64,000 bases of DNA from an uncultured Acidobacteriota bacterium (lineage in GTDB: Bacteria > Acidobacteriota > Thermoanaerobaculia > Multivoradales > SZUA-115). The stretch is from positions 544,001-608,000 of the forward strand of contig CAWDVR010000003.1 in assembly GCA_963805975.1 (NCBI GenBank). The letters are read 5' to 3'. The translations under genes were made by a program, and so were the position numbers. The notes under the pieces are model-generated. The model did no database searches. It was not told the origin of the DNA and worked only from the letters and a program-made list of their open reading frames with translations. This document shows positions 9,224 through 17,421 of this stretch, piece after piece. Each line of letters begins with the position of its first letter. Positions within the stretch are counted from its first letter, which is position 1.

Positions 9224-10273
9224 ATGCCGCCCTCCCGAGCCTGCGCCACGCTGTTTCTGCTGGGTGCCTGTGCCAGCGCCGCGGCCCTCGCACAGCCGCC
9301 GGCCGGGCACGGCCCGTACTTTCCGCTCGACGCGCCCTGGTACACGGACATCTCGAACGCGCCGGTCGATCCCCAGTCCACGGCGGTGATCTCCTGGCTG
9401 TCGAGCGTCGGCGGCTGGGGAGGCGGCGCGATGCAGATCGACTTCACGATCGAGGTGCTGGAGGCGAGCTCGATGACGCCGTTTCGCACCTTCGTCCCGA
9501 CGGACGATTTCTACGAGCCGGATTGCGACGAGGCGGCCGTGCCGGTGCCCGCGGGTGGCGCGCTCGAGGGCGAGACCGGCTACGAGTGCGAGAGCGACGG
9601 CGACTGCCACCTGCTCGTCGTCCATCCGGAAAGCCGGAAGCTCTACGAGATGTGGCGGGCCAACATCGTGGGCGCCAACTTCTTCGGTGGCTGCCTCGCG
9701 GTGTGGGACATGTCCATCACCTACCCGGAGAACGGCCGCGGCCAGGACTGCACCAGCGCCGACGCGGCCGGCTATCCCATCGCGCCGTTGCTGTTCTCTG
9801 CCGACGAGGTGGCGGCGGGCGTGATCGGCCACGCGATCCGTTTCATCCTGCCCAACGGCCGCATCCGCGACGGCATCTACGTCTATCCCTCGACGCACTC
9901 GACGGGCCCCACCAGCGGCCCGCCGACGGCGCCGCCCTACGGCGCACGCCTCCGGCTGCGCGCCAACTACCCGCTCGCCAGCCTGCCGAACGAGGGCGCC
10001 CGCGTGGTGGCCCGTGCGCTCCAGAAGTACGGCATGCTGCTCGCCGACGGCGGCACCATCGCGCTCACCGCGCAGAGCGACCAGTTCACCGCCGCGAAAT
10101 GGAACGGCCTGCTGGGGCCGCACGACCTGGCCGCGCTCCAGGTGAGCGACTTCGTGATGGTCGACGGCGGCGAGCGCTTCCTCTACACCGGCGACTGCGT
10201 GCGCCAGCACCCGATCTTCACCGACGGCTTCGAGCTCGGCGATCTGTCGAAGTGGGGCTTGGTGGTGGAGTAG
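9224..10273 (+). CDS. Secreted hypothetical protein with C-terminal IFTDGFELGDLSKW tail
   Basis: Signal peptide; GDCHLLVV, TSADAAGYPI, HAIRF, YGARLRL, ALQKYGMLLADGG; TAGCAT -10 at 9211-9216. Confidence 0.8.
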   Translation: MPPSRACATLFLLGACASAAALAQPPAGHGPYFPLDAPWYTDISNAPVDPQSTAVISWLSSVGGWGGGAMQIDFTIEVLEASSMTPFRTFVPTDDFYEPDCDEAAVPVPAGGALEGETGYECESDGDCHLLVVHPESRKLYEMWRANIVGANFFGGCLAVWDMSITYPENGRGQDCTSADAAGYPIAPLLFSADEVAAGVIGHAIRFILPNGRIRDGIYVYPSTHSTGPTSGPPTAPPYGARLRLRANYPLASLPNEGARVVARALQKYGMLLADGGTIALTAQSDQFTAAKWNGLLGPHDLAALQVSDFVMVDGGERFLYTGDCVRQHPIFTDGFELGDLSKWGLVVE

Positions 10274-10416
10274 CGGCGGGACCTTTGCCGGCCGAATGGG
10301 CAGAGCAGGAATTCGCCGCGGGTCGAATCAGCACGACTGCAGGCTCTTGAGCACTGAGTCTGCATAGCCTGCCTCCATCCAGCGGCGAATCCGAGCAGCC
10401 GCCATGGCCTCGACGC

Positions 10417-10445
10417 TTGACTTGGAAGACATTTGTCCATACATT
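10417..10445 (+). promoter_or_regulatory. Sigma70 promoter of brnTA, probably leaderless, with operator-like inverted repeat
   Basis: TTGACT-17 bp-TACATT ending 7 nt before GTG 10453; GACA-tt-TGTC in the spacer (10428-10437). Confidence 0.75.
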
Positions 10446-10452
10446 CCTCCGT

Positions 10453-10731
10453 GTGCGGATCGAGTGGGACCCCGCCAAGGCGGAGGCCAACCTCCGGGCT
10501 CATGGGGTGCCGTTCTCCGAGGCGGCAACCGTTTTGGTGGACGAGGTTGGTCTGACGCGGGAGGATCCGGCCGCCGAGGGCGAGCAGCGATTCGTGACTT
10601 TGGGTTGCAGTGATCTCGGAGATCTTCTGGTGGTGATCCACACGTTTCGCGAGCCCGATACCGTGCGCATCATCTCCGCCTGGAAAGCCAATCGACGGCA
10701 GAGGTCAGAGTATGAAAAAGGCCATCGCTGA
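10453..10731 (+). CDS. brnT: BrnT family toxin (ribonuclease)
   Basis: IEWDPAKAEANLRAHGVPFSEAATV...EQRFVTLG...RIISAWKA. Confidence 0.9.
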   Translation: MRIEWDPAKAEANLRAHGVPFSEAATVLVDEVGLTREDPAAEGEQRFVTLGCSDLGDLLVVIHTFREPDTVRIISAWKANRRQRSEYEKGHR

Positions 10732-11026
10732 GCCGTATCGCGATATTGACTTCTCCCATGCCCGGCGTGGGCCGGTCATCCGGCCGGAGCCGGGGAAGAC
10801 CAAGGTGTCGATCCGCCTCGACAAGCGCGTGCTCGATCACTTCCGTGCGATGGTGGAGAAGGCGGGTGGGGGGAACTATCAAACGCTGATCAACAATGCG
10901 CTGGTGGCCCACATCAATCAGGAGTCCATGGTCGAAGCAGTTCGCAAGGTCGTCCGCGAGGAGCTGGGGAATAAGGCAAAGGCAACCCACCGCGCCGCGC
11001 GGCCGAAGGTGGCGATCGGAGCCTAG
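10712..11026 (+). CDS. brnA: BrnA family antitoxin
   Basis: IDFSHARR, KTKVSIRLDKRVLDHFR, YQTLINNAL; overlaps brnT. Confidence 0.9.
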   Translation: MKKAIAEPYRDIDFSHARRGPVIRPEPGKTKVSIRLDKRVLDHFRAMVEKAGGGNYQTLINNALVAHINQESMVEAVRKVVREELGNKAKATHRAARPKVAIGA

Positions 11027-14000
11027 CGGCCGGGGATCGAGTATCGACATTCCCCCACCTCCGCCACCAGCTCTTCGAGCGAGCGGGTGGAGGCGGGGAG
11101 GGGTGCCAGGTCCAGCTCCGTGGCGAGCCGGGCGGCGGTTTCGCGGCTCTCGCGGGTGGCGGCCGGATGCGCGGCGGCCGCGGCGAGGATCTCTCGCGCC
11201 GTGGCCGTGGCGCCTCCTTTCGCCACCAGCGGCACCGCGGCCACCAGTGCCGCGAGCACGTGCGGTGTGGTCTTGAGGTCGCTCGCGACCGCGAGCGCCG
11301 CCTGAAGGTGCTCCCAAGCCTCGCTCTCCGCACCGCGCCGCGCCGAGACCTGGCCGAGACCGATCAAGGAGACCAGCGCACCGCGCCGGTCGCCGATCTT
11401 GCGGCAGAGGCGCAGGCTCTCGCCCAGGTAGGAAGCCGCCTCGTCGAGCTCGCCCGCCTTTTCCGCCATCGCACCGAGCCTTTGCAGCGACAGCGCGATG
11501 CCCCATTGGTCCTCCACCTGGCGTGAGGTGGCGAGGCCTTCCTCGAAGAGCCGCCGGGCTTCCTGGTGACGGCCGGAGAGGAACGCGATGCGGGCGAGCC
11601 CGAGGAGCATGCGCGCGATCATCCGGCGGTCCCCCAGCTCGCGGAAGAGGTCGAGGCTCTCTTCGAGGAGGGGAAGGGCCTCGAGATACTGGCCGCTGCC
11701 GTAGGCCATCTCGCCCAGCGAGTGGAGCGCGAGCGCCCTCGCCCAGCGGTGCCGGGTGGAGGAGAGGAGATCCACCGCCTCCTCAAAGCAGCGCAGGGCC
11801 GTGCCGTAGTCGCCCAGCACCTTGCTCGACAGGCCGACCCCGATCAGCGCGAAGCCGTGGTCCGGTGTGGACGCGATGGCCGCGGCTGTGGCCCGCGCTT
11901 CGCGGAAGAGGGTGCGTGCACCCTCGTAGTCACCGAGCCGGAACGCGAAGGAGGCGCGGCCCACGGTGCAGCGGGCGAGGGCGCACCGCGCCGTCCGCTG
12001 CTCATCTTCGGGCGCGATCCGCTCGCCGAGGCCCTTGCACGCGGCGTCGAAGGCGGAAGCCCCCTCCTGGAACCAGCCGCGAAGCTCGTAGAAGTCGAAC
12101 AGCGCCTCGGCGGCCCGCAGCAGCTCGTCGTGGCGGCCACGCGCGGCGGCGAAGCGCCAGGCGGCGCGCACGTTCTCGAGCTCGCCGGCGATCTCCTCCA
12201 GCGCCTGCCGCTGGCGGTCGCCGCGGAGCGCGGTCGCTCGTTCCGCCAGCCACGCCGTGTAGTGGTCGGCGTGACGCTCGGCGGCGCGCTCGGCCTCCTC
12301 GGGAAGGCCGGCGAGCTTCTCCGCTCCGCACTGGCGCAGCAGCTCGTGGACCTCGTAGCGCCCGCCGGCCGCCGGCTTGACGAACGACTTGTCGGCAAGG
12401 GCGGCGAGGAGAGGGAGAGCGGCGCCCGCCACCTCTTCGGCCGCGGCGCGGCCGAAGCCGCCGCGAAAGACGCTCGCCTGCCGGAAGGCCCGGCGCTCGT
12501 CGTCGTCGAGGTGAAGCCAGGACTCCTCGAACACCGCTCGCATGCTGCGGTGGCGCTCCGGCGCGTCACGGCGGGTGGTGGCGAGGAGGTCGAGGCCGGC
12601 GGCGATCTCGCTCCCGATGTCGGCCAGCGGCAGCACCCGCACCCAGGGCGCCGCGAGCTCCAGGGCGAGAGGCATGCCGCGGGTGAGCCGGCAGAGGCGC
12701 AGCACCTCCTGCAGGTCCTCGGGGCTCGAGGCGACGTCGGGCCGCACCTTGCGTGCGTGCGCGAGGAAGAGCCGCACCGCGCCGTAGGCCGTGGGATCGC
12801 CCGCCTCCTCCGTCTCGGGGAAGTCCAGTCCCTCGACCTCGAAGCTCCACTCGGGCTCGATGGCGAGCCGCTCGCGCGAGGTCACCAGGAGCTTGACCGA
12901 CGGCGCCTGGCGCAGGATCTCGCCGAGCAGGTCGATGCCGCCGAGCAGGTGCTCGAAGTTGTCCAGCACCAGGAGGAGCCGCAGCTCGCAGAGCACCGCC
13001 AGCAGCTCGGCGCGCGGATCGCGGTCGCCGGGGATGGCGAGGCCCAGGGCGTTGGCGATCGCCGGCACCAGCAGCTCGGGCCCGGCCACGGCGGCGAGGG
13101 GCACCGCCACCACGCCGTCGGCAAAGGCGGTGCGTGCGGACTCCGCGGCCTTCGCGGCGAGCCGCGTCTTGCCGATCCCGCCGGGGCCGAGGAGGGTCAG
13201 CAGCCGGCAGGCGCGGGTCGCGGTCAGCAGCTCGCCCAGAGACCGGAGCTCGGCGGCGCGGCCGACGAAGCCGTCCTCTTCCGAGGGCATGAGAGGGTCG
13301 TGCGCGCGGCTCTCGACCGTGCCGGAGTCGCCGGCCGGCGAACCGGCCAGGAGGCCAGGGTCCTGGAGGCCAGGGCCGGGGACGGTCGGGGTCGGCAGCC
13401 GTCCGGATCGGATCTCCTCGTAGAGGGCCACCGTCGCCGGTAGGGGTGGCGCGCCCAGCTCCTCGTCGAGCAGCCGCAGGCACTCCCGGTACTGCCGCAG
13501 GGCCGCGCTCCGCCGGCCGGTCCAGGCCAGCAGGCGCATCAGGTGGCAGTGCGCCGTCTCGCTCGAGGCATCGAGCGCGACCCAGCGCCGGGCGTAGGCC
13601 ACCGCCTTGTCCCAGGGGCCGTGCTCAGTGTGATGGCAGACCAGGCGCTCGTGTGCGGCCAGGGCCTCGGCACGCAGGCGGTCCGCCTCGCCGAGCAACC
13701 AGTGATCGAACCCGGGGCTGTCCTTGAGCGAGAAGCCGGCCAGCAGATCGCCGCGATACAGCTCGACCGCCTCGGCCAGCGAGCCGGCGCCGGCCGCGCA
13801 GGGCTCGTTGCCGGGGTGGCCGTGCTGCCGGCAGGCGCCGGTCATCCGGCCGAGCTCGGCGACGTCCGTCCAGCAGCCGGGCGTTTCCTGGCGCAGGCCC
13901 ACGGTCTCCTGATCCGTGTCCAGCCACTCCGGCCCCGCGCTCTGGCGGATCGCGGCCAGCGTGCGGCGCAGGGCGCCGCGGGCCTGCGCGGCGCCGGACT

Positions 14001-14160
14001 CGGGCCACAGCAGCGCGGCGAGCGAGTCGCGCCGGTGGGCGTGGCCGGTCACCGCCAGGTAGGCGAGGAGCGCGGTGGCCTTGCGGGTATCGAACTCTAC
14101 GGCCCGGCCGTCGCGCTCGATGCGCGGCGGGCCGAGGAGGTACAGGGCGAGGGAGGGCAT
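11023..14160 (-). CDS. AfsR/SARP-family regulator: winged helix + BTAD + NB-ARC ATPase + TPR repeats
   Basis: LLGPP...KATALLAYL...LLWP, LYRGDLLAG, FVGR, Walker A GPGGIGKT, LVLDNFEH, GMPLALELAA, C-terminal TPRs; ATG 14160. Confidence 0.93.
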   Translation of the reverse strand: MPSLALYLLGPPRIERDGRAVEFDTRKATALLAYLAVTGHAHRRDSLAALLWPESGAAQARGALRRTLAAIRQSAGPEWLDTDQETVGLRQETPGCWTDVAELGRMTGACRQHGHPGNEPCAAGAGSLAEAVELYRGDLLAGFSLKDSPGFDHWLLGEADRLRAEALAAHERLVCHHTEHGPWDKAVAYARRWVALDASSETAHCHLMRLLAWTGRRSAALRQYRECLRLLDEELGAPPLPATVALYEEIRSGRLPTPTVPGPGLQDPGLLAGSPAGDSGTVESRAHDPLMPSEEDGFVGRAAELRSLGELLTATRACRLLTLLGPGGIGKTRLAAKAAESARTAFADGVVAVPLAAVAGPELLVPAIANALGLAIPGDRDPRAELLAVLCELRLLLVLDNFEHLLGGIDLLGEILRQAPSVKLLVTSRERLAIEPEWSFEVEGLDFPETEEAGDPTAYGAVRLFLAHARKVRPDVASSPEDLQEVLRLCRLTRGMPLALELAAPWVRVLPLADIGSEIAAGLDLLATTRRDAPERHRSMRAVFEESWLHLDDDERRAFRQASVFRGGFGRAAAEEVAGAALPLLAALADKSFVKPAAGGRYEVHELLRQCGAEKLAGLPEEAERAAERHADHYTAWLAERATALRGDRQRQALEEIAGELENVRAAWRFAAARGRHDELLRAAEALFDFYELRGWFQEGASAFDAACKGLGERIAPEDEQRTARCALARCTVGRASFAFRLGDYEGARTLFREARATAAAIASTPDHGFALIGVGLSSKVLGDYGTALRCFEEAVDLLSSTRHRWARALALHSLGEMAYGSGQYLEALPLLEESLDLFRELGDRRMIARMLLGLARIAFLSGRHQEARRLFEEGLATSRQVEDQWGIALSLQRLGAMAEKAGELDEAASYLGESLRLCRKIGDRRGALVSLIGLGQVSARRGAESEAWEHLQAALAVASDLKTTPHVLAALVAAVPLVAKGGATATAREILAAAAAHPAATRESRETAARLATELDLAPLPASTRSLEELVAEVGECRYSIPGR

Positions 14161-14238
14161 CCCGTCTTTCACGCAGTGTGCCAGCAAGACGCCCCGGTAT
14201 GTAGCCCGGTGCGCAAGAAAGGTTCACCGGGGGCCGCT

Positions 14239-14285
14239 CTCGTAACGCTCTCCGCACACCCTCGTAACACCCCACCCCCTACGCT
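14239..14285 (+). promoter_or_regulatory. Putative SARP-activated promoter
   Basis: CTCGTAAC direct repeats at 14239 and 14261 (22-bp period), then TACGCT at 14280-14285. Confidence 0.5.
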
Positions 14286-14362
14286 CGCGGCCAGACGGGA
14301 ACTGCGACCGCCGGATCCGGCGGGCGGAGAGCGGTCCCCGAACCACACTACGGAGATTCGAG

Positions 14363-14790
14363 ATGAGACCGAGACAGACCCGATGCCTCCTGGCGGCGCT
14401 CCTCCTGGCCGCGGCCCCCTCCCTCGCGGCGGACGAGCTCGGCGTGCCGATCAGCAGGGACAGGGCGCCGACTACGAGGAGTACACCTGGGACCAGAGCT
14501 ACATCTACCTGATCCGCGACACGAGCTGGCAGCAGGAGCACTGGTGCGACGGCCAGGAGACGAGCTTCGAGCTATGGAACGGAGGGGTCAACCGCGGGGC
14601 GCGCTTTCCGGACGTGATGCGTGTCCGCATCACCGGTGGCGTGGGCACGGGCGAGACCTACTACTTCACGAAGACGCTGGGCTTCGTGGTCTACGCCGCC
14701 GCCGCGGGCCTCGAGGAGGTGGAGGCGCGGGTCTACTGGCACGACCGCGCCTACATCAAGCACGGCCAGATGCGCATCTGCGAGCAGTGA
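14363..14790 (+). pseudogene. Frameshifted or internally deleted secreted-protein gene
   Basis: ATG 14363 after GGAG gives signal peptide MRPRQTRCLLAALLLAAAPSLAA then an early stop; the protein-like sequence GADYEEYTWDQSYIYLIRDTSW... continues in another frame from about 14455 to 14790. Confidence 0.6.
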
Positions 14791-14854
14791 TCTCGGCCAC
14801 TCGACACCGGCCGCCGCTCACGCCGCGGCGCGCCGGTGGTAGCCTCCCCGCCCA

Positions 14855-16378
14855 GTGCCCCCGAGTACGAGGTCCGTCGCCGGCCACTACGTGGCCCTGG
14901 CAGCCTGTGTGCTGTTCGCGGCCGCGCTGTTCTTCGTCGCCGGCCGCCGGTCGAGCTACCTCGACATCGACTCCGGGCCCTACCTCTCGATGGCCCATCA
15001 CACGATGACCAGCGGGGTACCCCGGTCGAGCTTCCAGTTCGTGGACGGTGCGCCGCACCTGCCGTCGCTCGCCGGCTTCGTGCCGCCGGTGCTGGGGTTC
15101 GCGGTAGGCGTCGCGGCCCTGCCCTCGGGGAACGTGATGACCGGGGTGAAGACGGTCCTGTTGCTGGCGCTGGTGGTGACGGCCCTGGCCTCGTTCCTCT
15201 ACGTGCGCCGCTTCGCCTCGCCCTGGGTGGCGGTGGCGGCGTCCGGGCTGCTGGTGACCTCGCCGGTGATCGAGCCCTTCGAGGCGCTGGCGCTCTCGGA
15301 AGTGCCCTTCGTGGCGGCGGTGCTCCTGGCGCTCCTCGCCGCTGCCCGGGTGCTGGAGGAGCCGGGAAGCTCCCGGCGCTGGCTGCTGCTCACCCTGGCC
15401 GCGGGCCTGGTGCCCATGGTGCGCTATCTGGGGATCTTCTTCGTGCCCGGCTTCCTGGCGGCGTTCCTCGCCGCGGGTGAGCGCCGGCGGGACTGGCGGC
15501 GCCACGCGCTGCCGCTCGCCCTTTTCGCGACGTTCGCCTACCTGCCGCTCTCGCTCTGGGCGCTCGTGCTCCTGCGGCTCGATACGCCCATGCTGCCGTT
15601 GCGACCTCCGGCCGAGCTCGGCATCGCGACGGCCTGGGCCGGGGCCGCGGGGTATCTGCTGTCGTGGTGCTGGCCGTATCTCGCGGCGGCCACGGTGCTG
15701 TGGCTGCTGGCCAGGCTCACCTCTCGGCGGTGGGGCGCTGCGCCGGAGACCGAGGTGGCGGGCGTCGATCCAATCCGCCTCCCGGCGCTTCTTCTGCTGG
15801 CCTACCTGGCGGTACTGATCGCCGCCCGCACCCGCAGCTTCTACTATCCGCCGGAGGAGATCGGCTTTCGCTTCATGGTCCCTGCCTGGCCGCTCGCGCT
15901 GCTCACCGGGACCGCGGCCTTCTGCCGCTGGGTATGGAGCCGGCGCACGCGGGCGACGAGCGCGGCGGCGGCGCTGGCCTGCGGCGCGGCCCTGGCATTC
16001 GGTGTGGCGCAGGCCGCGGCGCTGCGCCTGCCCGAGACTTTCCCGGCCGGCACGGCCACTCTGGCGGCGGCGGTGGCCGCGCTGCCGGAGGACGGCGTGG
16101 TGCTGGCGAACTTTGGGCAATCGCTGGCGGCGCACCGGCCGCGGGTGTCCGTGCTGGGCCTGCCCTCGAAGGAGGACTTCCTCTACGACCTCGACCTGCC
16201 GGCGCTGGTCGAGCAGCAGCACGTGAGCTGGATCGTGCTCTGGGCGCTGCCGGACATGGAGCAGCTCTACGGTCCGGAGGTGGCGGCCTGGCTCGAGCGG
16301 CCGCCCCGCGGCTTGACCGTGCTCGGCCGCGCTCGCCTGGCCGACGGCGTGATCTACGAGGTGGCCGGAGCGCGGTAG
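14855..16378 (+). CDS. Polytopic membrane protein, GT-C (ArnT/PMT-like) glycosyltransferase
   Basis: TM1 followed by DSGPYLSMA, ALSEVPF, VRYLG, about 11 TM segments, RFMVP, periplasmic C-terminal domain. Confidence 0.72.
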   Translation: MPPSTRSVAGHYVALAACVLFAAALFFVAGRRSSYLDIDSGPYLSMAHHTMTSGVPRSSFQFVDGAPHLPSLAGFVPPVLGFAVGVAALPSGNVMTGVKTVLLLALVVTALASFLYVRRFASPWVAVAASGLLVTSPVIEPFEALALSEVPFVAAVLLALLAAARVLEEPGSSRRWLLLTLAAGLVPMVRYLGIFFVPGFLAAFLAAGERRRDWRRHALPLALFATFAYLPLSLWALVLLRLDTPMLPLRPPAELGIATAWAGAAGYLLSWCWPYLAAATVLWLLARLTSRRWGAAPETEVAGVDPIRLPALLLLAYLAVLIAARTRSFYYPPEEIGFRFMVPAWPLALLTGTAAFCRWVWSRRTRATSAAAALACGAALAFGVAQAAALRLPETFPAGTATLAAAVAALPEDGVVLANFGQSLAAHRPRVSVLGLPSKEDFLYDLDLPALVEQQHVSWIVLWALPDMEQLYGPEVAAWLERPPRGLTVLGRARLADGVIYEVAGAR

Positions 16379-16398
16379 GAGAAGGAGCCGCCTGGCGG

Positions 16399-17421
16399 CT
16401 AGGGAGGCGAGGCGACGCTCGCCGGCGGCGGCACGCGGGCGGGCGCGTCGGAGCCGTCCTGCATGAGGTAGAAGACCAGGCCGGCGACCAGGAGGAGAGT
16501 GACGATCAGCGCGGCCAGAAAGAAGCCCGGGAACTTCACCCCGTTCGCCGGGCTGCCCGGGCTGCCGAGCAGGCGGCGCGTGGTGCGGGTCAGGCCCTCG
16601 ATCTCGGCGGCCAGGCGCAGCCGGTTCTCCTGCTCCAGGCGGTCGATGTCGGCGAGCAGCGCGCGGGCGCTCGCATAGCGCTGGTTGCGGTCCTGGGCCA
16701 GGAGCTTGAGGACGATGGGATCGAGCTCGGAGGGCAGGTCGGCGACGAGCTGGCTCGGGAGCGCGATGCGGCCGGAGGGAGCGCGGCCGGTCAGCATCTC
16801 GTAGAACAGGACGCCCAGCGAGTAGAGGTCGGCGCGCGCGTCGGCCGGCGCAGTGCCGTGGGCCACCTCGGGCGAGGCGTAGTGCACGTTGCCGACCGTC
16901 ATCTGGCCGGTGGTGATGGTGCCTTCTCCCACCTTGGCGCTGTCCAGGCGGCCGCTGCCGAAATCGGCGATCTTGACGATCGAAAGATCGTCCGAGACCA
17001 GGACGTTCTTCGGCTTCAGGTTGCCGTGGAGCGCGCCCAGGTCGTGGGCGTAGGCGAGGCCCTGGGCGACGCCCTTGACCACGGTCAAGGTCTCCGGCAG
17101 GGACAACCGCCGCTGGCCCAGGAGACGGTCGAGAGAGACGCCCTCGACGTGCTCGTGGGAGACCCACGGATCCTCGCCGTGCATGCCGGAGGCGAGGGTG
17201 CGGGCGACGTTGGGATGCGCGAGGTTCTTCGCCCGCTCGCCGTCGGCGAGGAAGCGTTCGGCGGCAGCCGCGTTGCCGCGCAGCTTCGGGCCGCCCATCT
17301 TGAGCGCCACGAGCTGGCCGGTCCGCGGATCCCGAGCCTTGAGCACGCTCGCCAGGTTGCCCTTGGCGATCGTGCCCTCGACCTCGTAGGGGCCGATCGA
17401 AAGCACAGGCTGTTCAGACAT
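16399..17421 (-). CDS. Hanks-type Ser/Thr kinase domain protein with C-terminal TM; probable pseudokinase
   Basis: VALK, HPN, HGNLKPKN, DFG, YASPE, DLYSLG; C-terminal hydrophobic helix. Confidence 0.9.
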   Translation of the reverse strand: MSEQPVLSIGPYEVEGTIAKGNLASVLKARDPRTGQLVALKMGGPKLRGNAAAAERFLADGERAKNLAHPNVARTLASGMHGEDPWVSHEHVEGVSLDRLLGQRRLSLPETLTVVKGVAQGLAYAHDLGALHGNLKPKNVLVSDDLSIVKIADFGSGRLDSAKVGEGTITTGQMTVGNVHYASPEVAHGTAPADARADLYSLGVLFYEMLTGRAPSGRIALPSQLVADLPSELDPIVLKLLAQDRNQRYASARALLADIDRLEQENRLRLAAEIEGLTRTTRRLLGSPGSPANGVKFPGFFLAALIVTLLLVAGLVFYLMQDGSDAPARVPPPASVASPP

